Assembly (NCBI GenBank): GCA_965655095.1
Contig: OZ296651.1
Coordinates: 67,332,001-67,396,000 of the forward strand
Direction: 5' to 3'
Source: Haplodiscus bocki
Taxonomy: Eukaryota
DNA: 64,000 bases
The notes under the pieces are model-generated. The model searched no databases and had not been told where the DNA came from. It worked only from the letters and a program-made list of their open reading frames with translations. Each line of letters starts with the position of its first letter. The stretch's first letter is position 1. Positions 37,191-51,400 of the stretch are shown in pieces. A program made the translations under genes and the position numbers.

Positions 37191-37597
37191 GTTCTCCGGC
37201 GGGTGCTTTTCTACCATATCCAGCAGCTGCCCCTAGCAGCTGATCCTTAAATCGCTCTCATCTTCTTTTCCTGCATGTGCTTGGTTGTGCCACTAGTTCT
37301 TCCAAAGACACACTACAAAAATTAGCTGTCTACTGCAACAGTTCCACCCTAACAAAAACTCATTTGCACCATTGACAACTAGTCAAATCGTAACATAGGT
37401 CACCCTTGGAAGAAGTATTCTCCCCAACAAAAACTCACTGCACATCTGCCGCCGCTTGATCTCTTTGGTGTCACACGATACTACGATCGTCTCCGTACAT
37501 GTTGCCAATGCGAATGTTTTTTTTCAACAGACTACTAACCTCAAAGATCTCCAATATCATTCCGAATGCGAGACGAAATTCTACAAAAAGAAAACAG

Positions 37598-38453
37598 TGT
37601 AACGGCTAGGCTTCACAATTTGAGGAAAAACTTAATATTTTTTTTATCAACTTGAACTACATTTTACTTCAATAGTTTAGATAACATTTAGTGATTCGTT
37701 TTTAGTCCCCTTGTCCCTTTGTTTCCAGTGCTTTGTTTCCAGTGGTACAGTGATTCACGTACCGTCAAGTACCTCCGCGCAACAAAACTCGCATTTTAAA
37801 AAAAGTCACATGACACTACAACAACACATAAAACAGATAATCCTATTATCAGGACCTACTTGTGTTACTGAATACGCACTACCTCTTTTATCAGTAAAAT
37901 GTACCGTTGTTTAAAACGTACGTACTGTTAGTTTTATTTAACTCCAACTTTTATATTCATGTCGCTCTGACATATTGCCTTTCCAGGCGCGTAATTGCAA
38001 ATACTTTGTGTTTTCATTGTTTCACTCTCAGCTCCAAAGTTTTTAGTGAATCTCGAGCAACATAACGCAATATTCGAGCCAAAAGCCACCACAACGGAGA
38101 GACGCTCAAGAAAAACACAAGAAATGAACCAAACCGAACAACGACCCAGCAATCTGTTGCCCCTGAAATTGTAGGAAGAGATTGCCAACGAAACTTCTAA
38201 CCAATAGGTAGGTTTTGTAACTGAATAATTCCACCAATAAAATTTGTATTTTCTTCTTTTCTTGTTGAGATTCTTTCTAAAATAAACCAAAAACAATATT
38301 TATTCACTTGAGATTTCCCGCTAGCAACCATCAAAAAGTAAAATCATCCACATAGTAGTTTGAGAAATTACTGAGTACCTTTTTCAATAACAGTCGTCTT
38401 CCGCATCCATAACTAATTTCTAGCGAACTGCTTTGGAGCATACGACTGTTACA
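37598..38453 (+). repeat. 3' LTR
   Basis: tgtaacggctaggct...gcatacgactgttaca, preceded by a purine tract. Confidence 0.93.
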
Positions 38454-39835
38454 TTCAATTGAGATTACACAATATGGAAACGTTGCATGCTTCCAGCGAC
38501 GAATTTGATACTTGAAGCGAGAAAGAATGATGGCAATACTTAACCACTTGAGCCCAGCTCAAGTTGGAAAACTAGCCGTGGATATAGGACAACTTTTCGT
38601 TGTTGATAAAAGGAAACTCTTCTTAACTTTCTGATTGCATGGATTCAACATACAACAGACTTCAGTTTTTCTTCTCGAATTTTTCAATTGTACCGGTACG
38701 GGACAACAACTTTTTAAAGAGACGTTTTTTGTTCCAAAAGTGGTTCTCCTGATCGGGGACTGGAAAAGCAAATAAACTCCTTCCTTGTCCTCATCGGATT
38801 TGTTTTCAAATATGATCTTTAGTTCTTATTTAATCATTTTCAATGAAATTAACGTTTCTCTTCTGAATCCAATTTACTGAGCATAAAATTTCGCACCACG
38901 ACCATTCTTTTTCAATTGAGCCGTAGTTCATCCTTATACTGCAGAGATTGTTCATTTAAAACTAACAAGGGGAACAGACTGCATTTACCTATTGCTATAG
39001 ATTCAAGATATCATCATTGATACTTCGGAGGGATTTAGGTTTTGTTTGGCATTCCAGCTCTTCATCAGCAAGCTTCAGTGAAAAAAGATGCACTGTTATC
39101 TTCTTGGGTACAAGCCACACACTTCGAGGCTTGTTTTTGTTAACTACAAGTTGCATATCTTTCATTGTATAAACTATGGTTTTGAGCTGCCTCACAAGGT
39201 CAGATATTTACAAGACATCCATATCCATGGAAATGCCTATGTCATCCGCATAAATTTGATAGCTCAACCGACACTGTAATTTGTCTCCAACGAGCGTGAG
39301 GTACATAGTAAGAAGTAGTGTTCAAGGACCGAACCTAGTGGGACACCATGCGAAAGGGTAGGAAGTCCGATTGCAAAATGTTAATCTTGACGCATTCATT
39401 ACATGGGCCAAGACCTGCAGAGTCCTTTGGATGCAAAACTTGTCAATTTGCGTCGAAATTGTTTCAAACGAAAAATGTTCGATTCAGTTGTGGAGTTTTT
39501 CTATTTATGCTGAAACTGCCCACGAGATGCACTGGTTTGATGAAGAGTGCTTGCTGCCTCACATAATGCAAGAACACGAGGTCACCGTGGTACCAAGAAG
39601 CTGGTGCAAATCCCTCTATAGGCTAAAATTTTGGGTTATCATTTTACTTCTAGTAAATTTTCCCTTTTTTAAGATTGATAGAATCCATCGAATGGAGACC
39701 ATTTTACCATAAATGGTTCAATACGCCAAATTGACCGTCCTGGAGATACAAAATGTAATATTGTTTAGACATTGTCTCAAACTAAGGAAAAGTTCGGGTT
39801 ACCCCCTTTGCAAATCCTGGCTTCTTCAGCCATTT

Positions 39836-40087
39836 ATGCAACCCAGTGGGTAGAACAAAAAGATTCGGAAGCATTAGGTCGCGATTTCGAATCCCGGTTT
39901 AAACGATACTTTTTCACAATTGTGATGGCCTAGTGGGTGAAACAAAGAGATCCAAGGCCGCGAATTGGGTGACCTCACCCCGGTATAGGCTGATTTTTGT
40001 ACAAAAAAAGTTTTCCGTGAATAGGACAAAATGGCTCCGAATCCACAGTTTGCGGATTCGAACCATGGCAAAGGCTATAAGTTTTTT
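39836..40087 (+). repeat. Three tandem tRNA-like units, each ending in a T-run
   Basis: acccagtgggtaga...ttcgaatcccgg...ttttt; ggcctagtgggt...ccccggtatagg..ttttt; ...ggattcgaacc...tttttt. Same family as 1850-2540. Confidence 0.6.
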
Positions 40088-40599
40088 ACAATTTAAGCCG
40101 GAAAACAACAAAAATGTCCGACTAATTTTTAATTGCAAAAAACTAAGTTCCATCGATGAAAGAATGGATTTTCTGATAAGTTGGAACTCATTTTCTTAAA
40201 ACGTATTATTCATTTTATAATAACTGAAACAAATCGTTCTTTTTTCAAAAGACTTATGAAAAAATTGCAAAATTTCTTCGATTATCCTAAAAACCGGAAA
40301 CAAATGCTGTTCAAGAATTTTACTTCAAAAGGTTTTCTTCTTTGTTATAGTATATGCCTTATTTCGCTATCCTAGTTTCTTTGGGGCCCAGGAATAAAAC
40401 TTCGTCTCGAAAACGTTTCTGCCGGAAAATCGTGCGTGAACGCCGACTACGTATTTAGTAGACAAATTTTCCTTTTTGTCCTAAACTACATGGTTCAATT
40501 GTTTCATTCAAGTCCCACTAGAGAGGTTTCTAAGTTTAGAAATCTATTTGTCTGAATTTTTTTTGGTTTTTTTTCTTTGCGTTGGAACCGCGATTGTCA

Positions 40600-42250
40600 A
40601 AAAATGCGCAAGCGAACAATTTATTTTGAGACATTACGAATGTCAAACTCATTTTCCTCCAGATCTTGCGGCTTAATTTCGTTCAACAAAGTGTTAACTG
40701 GTAACATTTTACATGTTAAAGAAGGTTCAATTCGAAACCATCAAAAAAAATTTTTGCTTCGTAATTTCGATGAACCGGAAATGTCAGAAGGTACCATTGT
40801 TGTTGAAAACCCTTGGTAATCAAGCTCAATTACTTCTAAGATACCTGTTCTGATTTTTTCCGTCAAGATCAAAATCGGCAGCTCTATCTCCATCAAGGTG
40901 TATGCTATTAAAATGCCTGATTCTAGTGATTGCATCGGTAATCTGATCTGGTAGAACAAAAACGCCAATTTTTTTTGCGATTTTTGACACTCAAACTCAT
41001 ATTTTCTCAAAATTGCCTGTTTTGTTTCTCCCTCAAGCTCTATGGACAATATTCTACTTGAGGACTTGAAAGGGACTATTCAATTTTTAAAATGATCAAG
41101 TTTAACCTGCATTGCAATTGGAGCCCTGATATGCTGAAAACGTGCCTTTAGTTTTCACATACCTCGATTTTCAAGCTAATCTGTCTCCGAAACTGCAGCT
41201 CTGAATACTTCTATCCCTGCCTCAGTTGACGGGTTTGAGCATGTAGAGGACACTTCTGGTGAACAGTCTGTGATTTTTTTTCTCGGATTGGAATAGTGGT
41301 CGATCAAATATTCTGGAAAAAACTATTAATGTTTTGTTATCGATAGTCAAATTCAGAATTGAAAACCTTCCGCCTAATCAAAAATCGGTTTCTTTGTTAA
41401 TTTTTTTTGTTGTTTGTTCTGTAAACCACTTCTGCATTCCTTTGATTGAAATTATCATAGTGCAACTTTGCTTTTTGTTTTTAAAATGCATTGAACATTT
41501 TGATTGGTAATGTGAAAAGCTGCCAACGTATGAAATTCTGTGAGAAGAGTTGCTTTCTTCTGCAGACTCATAATAATATTGACATTTTCCAGGAAGCAAG
41601 TTTCCGTTAACTGTCAAGACCTGTTCGCAGATTGATTTATATTCAATTGTTTGTTTTTTTTCTGTCGAGGAAAATTTTTCACTGATTGATGGCTAAAATT
41701 TGGAGCAACTTTCCGGTTTTTTGTATTGAGGTCTAGTTTTTTTTCAGAAGTGGTTGATAACCACTTTCTCTAGAGACGGATAAAAGGCAGCTGAATTGAA
41801 ATTTTCACTGAACAAGTTGACGATGTGATTTATCCACATTGGTGATAATTGTTTCAGAATTGAAATTGCATGATATTGAGACAGTATGAGGCATATGTAA
41901 CTGTCACTATGCACTTTTCGATGTCATCCGCTATAATACTTGTAAACTTTGAAACATTTCTGCCGGTGAGGTATTTCTTTGAGCAAGGATTACCTCGATG
42001 TTTTGATAATCTGATCTATTAAACTGATTTTCTGCATAAAGTACTCATTGAATAATTTGTCAGTATCTGATCTGAACCAAGCGTATTAGGCGACTCTGAT
42101 GGGGAAAAATTATCTCCCGATGAGTCTCGATTTCTGTTAACAGCCGTGACAAACAACAGGCAAGAGTATGTTGACGGTCGAGAAAGCGACTTCAATAATT
42201 ATCTATCTGCACATCAGAGTTCCGCCCAATCCACGCAATAAACAAGAATA
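40600..42250 (-). repeat. ~177-bp array family in reverse orientation
   Basis: Reverse-complement motifs such as tcaaactcatattttctc...tttctccctcaag and ttttccgtcaagatc. Confidence 0.5.
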
Positions 42251-42739
42251 TAAAACATTGTTATTGTATTTATGGACTAATTATACCGGCTGAATGACTT
42301 TACTAAGTCTATTCCAGGTCTCGTACGAGTAATTAAATGGTGCTGGAAGTTTATACAAAAGATCAGGACTTATTTGATTTTTTTTTCACTTAAACTTTGT
42401 CATTTTTTTGTTTTTCTCCGAAATTTAAATTCAATGAAAGTATCAAACGACATGTAGACATACTGCCCTTGAAATTATCCTGAACTTTGGACGTTGCTTT
42501 CTGATTTCAAACTGAGACCGAAAAATTCACTTTGTGAAAATTCTTTACAAAACGTGGGGAAAACGTTTTCCATCCCCATAAATGCGGCCAGATTATTATT
42601 TTCAGCCCATATTTCAATTATGGAAGAACGATCATCCACGCTACGCATGCGTTTTTTTACTTTTACTTGCCAATTGAAAATATCCGAAAGTCCGGATGAT
42701 TCTGAACTGGAATAATTTTCAAAATGCGACTGAAATAAT

Positions 42740-43052
42740 AAAATTCTTCAAATACGGACGAACATTGGGTTTTAGGAAAAAACAGCTGGTTGTTTTTTGA
42801 AAAAAAAACTTCAATTTTTTCAAAGTCGGTAAAAGGGGCAAATTTGCCGTAGAATGTGCATCAAATGATATTATTTCCTACAAAGGTCTGTTTTATCTTA
42901 ATTGTGATGTTTTTGCTACAAAAAACATCAGAAATCTTTTAAAATGTCAAAAATTAGAAAATTTGAAGAAAGAAAAGTTAAAAAAACTTTCATTTTTTTA
43001 AAACATCTTTAAAAAGAGAGGGCGGAAAATATCCCTGTGTTAGCTGGCCCCT
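42740..43052 (-). repeat. Dispersed AT-rich repeat, homologous to ~51733-51990
   Basis: The reverse complement (ggccag...ttccgccc...aaaaa.tcacaa...aggaaa...ttgat...tttaccg..ttgaaaaaaa) aligns by eye with 51733-51975. Confidence 0.45.
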
Positions 43053-43899
43053 CTGTTCAAATTGAAATTGAAACGGTTAATAAAATGAATTCAAGAGGCC
43101 TTATTCGAATACTTGAAAAATATTGAATGATTTTTTAAATAAATTTCATTACATTGAAAACCATTTCGAAAATTTGTTTTGGAATAAAGGCTGGGGAAAA
43201 AGTAAAAGAACAAATTTTCCTTCAAGGGAAACCTGACATCAACTTTTAACGTAGAATAAGCCTAACAACATATAGTTTGGGTGTAGTTCCATTTCCTAGT
43301 TTCTTTTCGAAATTTGATCAATTGTCTTCGATATTTTTCGCAACCTTGTCCTTAAGCCTTCATCGGATCTTGCGCCTTTATCAGATAGAAGAACACTTCA
43401 AAATTGAAAACGCTGCATCCGCTGTTTGTTGAACACCAGACTAGACAGTTCTAGTCATATACTTTTCCAAAAATTTTTCAATTAGGGTCTCGGCTAGAAA
43501 TGTGTCGAGGTGAAGAAGACTCTAATACCAAAGAGTGGGGCAATGAATAAGCAAATAGAACTTTTTTCTCTTTTCGCTCCTGCCAAACTTTGGATTATTC
43601 TTCTCGATTTCTTAGAATACACAAAAAAATGTGACGGCGTTTTCCGCAATTCGCCATCATTCATTCAAGCAAAATGGCAGTCATTATTAAAAATTGGTAT
43701 TTTGGTGAACACAAAGCGCCAGAATCGAGCAAAAATTACGCCAATTTATTTGTATGAAAAAAGAATCTTTGACTTTGTGACAGACAGCGGTCTATCTAGA
43801 GAACGTTTACAAACTCGCCAACCTTGAAAAACATCACCGTCGACGGTCACTTACATAAACAACAAGAGCCGGAGTCGCACTGCATTATTTTTTGTCGAA

Positions 43900-46200
43900 G
43901 TGGCACGGAAATTACAACAAATAATTTTAATTGAGATTTTGAGCACATCACGTCAGCAGTTACGGGGAAACCCGGGTTGAAAAATCGAGAAGACTCCATT
44001 TTCAAAACTACTTCTTGACAATTTAAGACTACCAGAAGTCCATTGCACGGAACGGAAAGGATAGCTATCAACAATAATATTATTCCGAAGCAGGAACTTT
44101 ACGATTGAGAACTTGGTCGAAGAAATCAAGCCTGTAGTTACGGACAAGTTTGACTTTGATTGCTGAGATAAATCAAAAAAGAAAACCTTTTTTTTGGAAT
44201 TTTCTGGCTATCAAGAATCTAATGCGGGGAAAAAAACTAATGATTTGTAAATGGAATTTTCTCCACAAGTTTGAGTTTTTCGATAGATATGAAAATGAAA
44301 GACACCAAGCCTGTGGTTACGGAGAATTAGGAGTTGCAATATCAAGTTAAAACTTTACAAATTGCATCATTAGGAAAAATGGAACGTCAGCATTCCAATG
44401 CAAGGAACAAAATCAACAATATTTCCATTCAGAAGGTCTCTACAACCACAAAACTTTTGACTGAGACATGGATAGAAGAAATAAAACCTGTAGTTTGGGG
44501 TAAAATGTGGGGATGATATTTAGTAATGAGAAAAACTGTTAGAGGTATTTTTTTTGGAAATTTGGGACTTTCATTATTCAGATGCAGGGAACAAAATCGA
44601 CGGTTTTTCACCTCAATATTCATCTACAAGGGTCATGTTTTAGGTTGAGCTCTTGCTCCGACTGAAGGATACAAAATTCAAAAACGAGCGAAAATTTAAA
44701 TAAAATTAGCACTTTCCGGAGTTTTCGGACCGTCAAGATTCTGATGCAAGGAACACAAATCGACAAATGTCCCATTTGAAATATGTTTACAACTATAAAA
44801 TCTTCAATTCCGATCCTGCTTGAAAAGATGAAGCCTGTAATTCTGGAGAAATATAAGTTTGAATGTGGAGAAAAATTGAAATTAAAAGTTCTTTTCTGGA
44901 GAATTCGGCAATCAAGGTTCTGATGCAAGGTTGAAAAACATAGATTTTTCAATTGTTTACTAGTCTATCAGTGCTAAATTTTTCACTGAGAACTTGAAAG
45001 AGGATATCCAATTTGTAATGGTTGAGAAATAGACGTTAGAATATCGATTGAAATCAATTTAAGCACATATTGGAAAATTTGTTCTGTAACGAATCTGACG
45101 CAAGGATCAAAACAAAAAATTTTTTTACTCAAATCGTCTTGCGCAAAGCAAAAATTCTCGATCGAGATCTTGATTGGAGAAATCATACCTCTATTTGCTG
45201 ATAAATATGAGTTTAATGATCGGGACAATCGAATAGAATTAAAACTTTTTCGAATTTCCTTAGTATGGGTTTATGATGGAAGTATCGGTTAACTTGGTTT
45301 TTCAGCAAAATCATACTCCACACTTGCTATATTTTCAATTGGTGCTTTGATGAAAAAAGTGAAGCATATAGTTGTTGGGAAATAAGTGTTTAAAGTTCGA
45401 TAAAAATCTTTATAAATAGCAGTTTTTAAAAAGTTACGACTATCATGTTTCTGATACAGGGAACAAATTGGATACTGATCCAATGAAACATTTCATCATG
45501 AGTGGAAGGCTTCCTACTGAGATCTGGACTAGAGATCCAAACGTGGGTTGCTTGCCTAAGTGAGTTTCAAAATCAAAGATTTTCAGTACAAAGAGGGTTT
45601 TTCGGCAAAATCTCAACGTGGATATCACAGAAGGTCACGATGTGGCAGACATTTTCCCGGGAAAAAGTTTCATTTTTCCATTTGGATAACTCGGGATAGT
45701 GAAAAAAGTGCGAGACAAAAATTGGAAAAAAACTACAAACACTTGTTTTAATAATTAAACTTTAACAATCTTTTTAACGGATTGATATTTTGGAAACTTC
45801 TTTTGGTTTTTTGAACAAAAATAGAAAGTTTCTCAAATTTTTAAAAGCTACTGATTGAAAACAAATTGATTCGGTTAGACCGGAGGAGATCTTTTTTTTC
45901 TGAGAAAAAGGCCAATTACCAAACAACCTTTTTTTGTGGAAAAAACCCTAAATATTGCGGTCAAAAACTAAGAACCTGTTAATGAGTATCTGAAAAGAGG
46001 ATGAAAATATGTTCGAAAACGGGGTTCAAACCCACTACCTGTGGGCTACCTAACCGTGGTGCTTTTAGAAAATTGTGTTATGCCAGCCTCCAACGACTCT
46101 GCAGACACACGACGTCTGCTCGTCATGGGCAGCTTCAGGGAAACGAAAAAGAACCCGACTACTGAATTGAGCTCCTTCCTCTCAGAACTTTTTTCGACTT
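43900..46200 (+). repeat. ~177-bp array plus tRNA-like tail module, copy 2
   Basis: Array motifs (aaatcaagcctgtagtt, attctgatgcaaggaac) followed by ggggttcaaacccactacctgtgggctacctaaccg at 46021. Confidence 0.7.
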
Positions 46201-46289
46201 TCTTGTCACGATGGCGCAAAAATGATGGACTGAACATACAACAAATACAACAATTGATTTGAAAAAAGAAACCGTTTTTTGAGAGGAAA

Positions 46290-48460
46290 AAGTTGTCGTT
46301 GGGGATCTTGACAGAACAATTCAAGCCAACCTAAAGTCTAGAGCCAGATATTTTTCAATATATGAATCATATAGTAGTATGAAAGCATCAACTCACAACT
46401 TGATGAAAGAAATCGAAACTGTGGTTTTTGAGACGGATGAAATGGAACATCGAGATAAGTCTGAACTAAACGCACTTTTGCCACGTTTGTGCAATCAGGA
46501 CTCCAAGTCCGATGTAGAGATCAGTTATTAAGGTATTTAGAACCAAACAATCTGCTTCAAGTGTAAAGCTATGGATTAACACCCGGATGGATATGACAAT
46601 TGAATAGTTCGATTTGAAAAAGTATAAGTTTCAATATCGAGGTACATCAAGACTCTATGCACTTTTCGGCGAGTCTGATTCATCAAAATTCCACAGGTGC
46701 GTTCAAATTCAATAAATTCCTAATCAAGTTCTCTAACTCAAGTAGGATTCCTTGGAGTGAGACTTGGAAGGAAGTTATCAAGTTTTTTCTCAATGGGAGA
46801 CGCGTGGTACAAAATCAATATTTCTGTTTTAAAACATACTTTGGATTCTCGGAAGTCAAACGCAAGGAAGAAAATGGACAGTTACTGCCGCTAGTTTTTG
46901 TCTAGAGCTGAAATTTTCAGACTCCGACTTTGGTGGAAGAAATGAAAGCTGTGGTTGCAGCCAAAGATTTGTAAATGCCGAATCAAATCAAAAGTAGAAG
47001 CATAATTTGCATCTCTCGGACTATCAGGATTCGGATGCCAGAAAAAAAATCGATGATCTAACTTGTCAAACAATTTTTCTGCACAAGTTTCCAACTTTCA
47101 GCAGAGACCATGATGAAAAAACCACGCCTCTAGTTAGGGAGAAACAAGAGTGTCAATATCGATACGAAACGTTATAGCTAGCACTATCTGGAACATTGGA
47201 CTTCCAGTATTCTAACGCAAAGGGAGAAGTTGACCTTTTTCCAGCGACAACGTTTCAACAACGAAAACGCTTTCAATTAAAATTTTGATGGAAAAAATGA
47301 GGCCTATAGTTTTGGGAGACAAATTGGGCTGAGTTTGAATATCGAGAGAAGATATGAGTAATATGTTTTTAAGACATCTAGTATCAGGACTCAGATGCAG
47401 CGAACAAATATAACGGGTGTTACCTCAATACTCTTCTACAAGTGGTCTTAGTTAGAGTGAGTTCTTCATGCAAGAAGTCAATACTGCAGTGGCTCAGGAA
47501 CACAAGTTTGAATTTCGAGAGCAAGGAATAAAGATAGCACTTTCTTAATTTTTCGGACTGTCAAGATTATGATGCGAGAGACACCAGTCGACAACTCTGG
47601 CGTACAAACACCCCTACATTTCGGGTTTTTTGATTCCGACCATGATGGAAAAGGCAAAACATCTGCTTCTGGCAAATAATGATGTCGACAGTAGAGGAAA
47701 ATCAAAGAAAAATCGTTTTTATTGGAATTTTCGGTCGATCAGAATTCTGATGCAAAGGTCAAAAAGCAAGAAAAATACGTTGAATACTAGTTTACTGGTT
47801 CTGGTTTGGTGATCGAGATCTTGACGGAGGAACTCGAACCGGTAGTAGCTGATGTTTAAGAGTTTGATTACAGAGCGGAATCAAAATAAAAAGCTATTCT
47901 TCGGAGGATATGGATTATCACGAATCTTATGGATGGATAAAAAAATTGTTTCTAGAGACCTCTTTCACAAAACGAAACTTTTTTATGGAGACTTGATTGG
48001 AGAAATCCTGTTTTTAGATACCGAGACTTAGGAGTTTGGGTAACATACAGCATTATAAACTTTTTTTCGGGGTACTAAAAGAAAATTGAAATATTTTTCT
48101 AAAGTTCTTAAAACGATTTGAATAAGATCAAATTATTTCAGTTACCCGGAAAAATGATATTTTCCGAAAAAAACCCAACTTACCAAAAACGCTTATATTT
48201 TTGTCGAAAAAAACCCTAGTTTTTGCTGTTTAAAACTAAAAACCGAATAACCAGTATGTGCAAAGACGTTAAAAAATGGTCAATAGCGGGATTCGAACCC
48301 ACTACCTGTGGGCTAACTAACCGCGGTGCCCTTAGACAACCAAACAATGCCAGCTTCTAACGACTCTGCAGATAGGAAGTTTAGGCGTCATGGGCAGTTT
48401 CAGGAGAAGGAAGAATACTACTGAGTTGAACATTTTCCCTTCGGAAAGATTTTTCGACCC
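46290..48460 (+). repeat. ~177-bp array plus tRNA-like tail module, copy 3
   Basis: Same array motifs followed by gggattcgaacccactacctgtgggctaactaaccg at ~48288. Confidence 0.7.
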
Positions 48461-48469
48461 AAAAAAATA

Positions 48470-51400
48470 ATTGAACAGAAAGACAAAGCTGAAGAAAGGA
48501 AAAACTGAAACACGGAAGGGTTTCCTATGGGTGCTAGAGGCCACAGCCTTACCCAAATTGATAACAGCAGTTTCTGGCGAAAAACTTCCCGACATGAATT
48601 TACTATGTATGAAAACAGTATTCCAAGAACACTTTATACCGAAGGAAAACAAAAAACAGCTGCAGGAAAATTTTCAGGCAAAACAGAGGCAAAGTAAATC
48701 ACTCGAACGTTTTTGGACAAGGCCATTCAAACTGGAGAATGACTGGTAGTTTTGAGAACATTACACCAGCAGAAATTTTGTTTTCGAAAACAGGCATAAA
48801 TCTCCACGATGAAACACTAGATGCACAAGAGGTCAAGGTAGCTTGTTATGGACAGAATGACACGAGAAGCACTTAAAAAACAGACGAAAAAAATTTTATC
48901 TCGAACGACGAAATCGAAGAAGAAAGTGCGATACCGAAATTTGCGCGGTGAAACGGACAGAAAAGTAGGCAAACAAAACATTTTTGTTTTCTTCTGAAAG
49001 TAGATAAAATCCATAGGTGGAAAAACATGCCAACAAAACAAGGAAATTCTGTTAAGGTCGGAAACAAAAACCATTACGCAAACGAACGCAAAGCCAACTA
49101 ACCAGAAAAATCACACAATTAGACACAAGAAAAGCGGAGGATTATTCCGAAATTAACCAACTGACACAACCCATACAGCAAAACAGATAAAAGTACCAAA
49201 TCAAGAAAATGTTTCAACGTTACACAAATTGGCTTCATAATCAAAATGGGTTCAGCAACAGCAACTTTCAAAGAAAAACTCAGCAAAACCTTGAACCTAA
49301 CACCGTTGACCAAAGTGACAACGAAAAACCACGATGTAAGCAAAAACGAAGTAGAGTTCGAAGATCAAGACACTGTGAAAGTAAACTATGGTGATCAAGA
49401 AGTTTTTCAGGACGCGAAGGTTTCAAGCGGTTACCCGGTTGAAATTAGTTTGACGCTTTGAAATTCGTTTAACAGACCAATCAAATTGCAGCAATGGAAT
49501 TAACAAACAGATCAACGCACGGCGTAGAAAGTCAATTGTATACAAAAACCAAAAGTTTTTCCAAATTGAAAAAACAAGAAACGGTGTAAAAGTTAACGCG
49601 ACCCAGAAACCTTAAACCCAAAGGGTTGAAAGAAGCAAGACCAAAAACAAACAGCTAGTGGAGTTGGTAGAAAAAAAAACATAGCCTAACCGTGGAGAGA
49701 CCATCGAAAATCTTGAGAAATTATCGAAGAACACGTTTCTTTCAACTGTTCCAAATGAGTTCAAGAAAGACCAGACAGAATTGAATTGAAAAAAAAATTG
49801 AATTGGTTTTTAAAAAAGTAAAAGACCGCCATTTAAAAACAAGACTGTAAAGGCCATTCATGGAAGACCTTCTGTAAAAAATCATTAACTTCAAAAGATG
49901 ACAAATTAAAAGAAGTATGAAATTCAACCAATGACTCGGAATACGCATAAAGTCGATTGGAGCTGGATAAAAATACAAGTCAACACATGGTCTTTCCCCT
50001 AGTTTTCGGATTACCCCCTTAAAGGAAAACAAACTTTAGGGAACGGTTGCAATAACCACAAGGTGTCAAGAGAATTTGAAAGGAGGACACGTTGCATAAC
50101 CACCGTTTTGTTAGAGAAGATCCTCGTAGCCCTACCAGTTGCAACACGACAACACGTGCAGGAAAGGAAACTGTCGTCAAAATTAGAGAAGCCGACGAAT
50201 CAACGGCAGCTGTTAAAACTGAAATTCTTCTCAAAACTATGACTTTGGATTGGTCCTCATGTATGAGAACACGGCCTTCAGCCCAATGTGATAGAAAAAA
50301 AGTGTTTGCAAAGTTGAAACAAGATAAAGCAAAAAAGGATTTCAAATCTTTCCTTAAAGTGTTTCAAAAGTCTTTGAAAAAGTAGAAAACACCTATCGAA
50401 ACAAACTATTGGTTTAACCAGAATTTTGACAAAAGATAGGGAGTGGTCTTTGAAGGGCAAGAGGCTGGAAGGAATCTAGAGTATTAAAAAAATAGCGACG
50501 AAATTACCGCATTTGGCACAAGTTTGAACCAAGTGGAAAATATGAAAATAACGAATGCTGGTAACATGGGTTTGGAAGCAACATTTGGGCGAAAACAAAC
50601 CGATTGCCTCTGCAAGTAGATTTTCATCTGACACACGGAAAACACCTTGTCACCGGTGATTCCGAAAAACTCGACGTATTTTTAGCAATGGAACGTTTTC
50701 GGTATTACAAATACGGAAATCCGGTAAAATTAAACAGCAACCACCAATCACCGCGACCGCTTTTACGAAGAAACTCCGAGAACAAAGGTTATAGTGCACG
50801 GCTAATCAGATGGCTGAACCGAACTTCCTCAATTTCATGTAAAAATGAAGCACATAGCGGGAAACGAAAAAGAAATGAATGAATACCCTGAAAAAGAGAC
50901 TGACGCCGAAACTGATGAAGAAAATGTAAATAACACGCTTCTACAGTTTTTCGATTTGAGGGAAACAATCAGCCGACCGATACTGATGTAAAAATAGATA
51001 TATAACGACGCAATGACCACGAACACGAACGGAAACCGAGTGGCGTGGCCAAAACAACTCAGGCCAAATTTTGAAACGAAACTTCGTTCCGTAAAAAGCA
51101 ATTAGGCACTATCACAAGTTCAACACCCACCGTCGTTCAAAGTTACAGAAAATCCATTTACCACAATCGCTATATAAAACCCCGATCAAAGACATGGACC
51201 AGGAGAATGAATGTCGTTACGGAGCGACAACCAAACTAAGGTAAATAATCCAAACAATTGGCCACTCACCAATCAAGCGGATAATAGGGAAAGGACGAAA
51301 TAAAACTATGCAACCGGGTAAATTTCGGTTGAAAAAATTGCAGCATCCACATCTAGTTACCAAACAAACCATACTCCAAAAGTAGAAAGAGAGCCTTAGA

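Larger units (their letters stand above)
27347..38453 (+). mobile_element. Full-length decayed Gypsy/Metaviridae LTR retrotransposon with macrodomain and env-like gene
   Basis: Two ~850-bp LTRs (TGTAAC...GTTACA) flank gag, PR, RT, RH, macrodomain, INT, env-like gene and an extra ORF. Purine tract aaaaagaaaacag precedes the 3' LTR. Confidence 0.93.

Noticed and set aside
27342-38458. Target-site duplication and primer-binding site of the large Gypsy element
   Set aside because: Flanks gataa and ttcaa do not match, and the sequence after the 5' LTR lacks a clear TGG tRNA-complementary PBS.
39836-39900. Functional tRNA gene
   Set aside because: Acceptor and anticodon stems do not pair convincingly and units are mutually diverged; treated as a tRNA-derived repeat.
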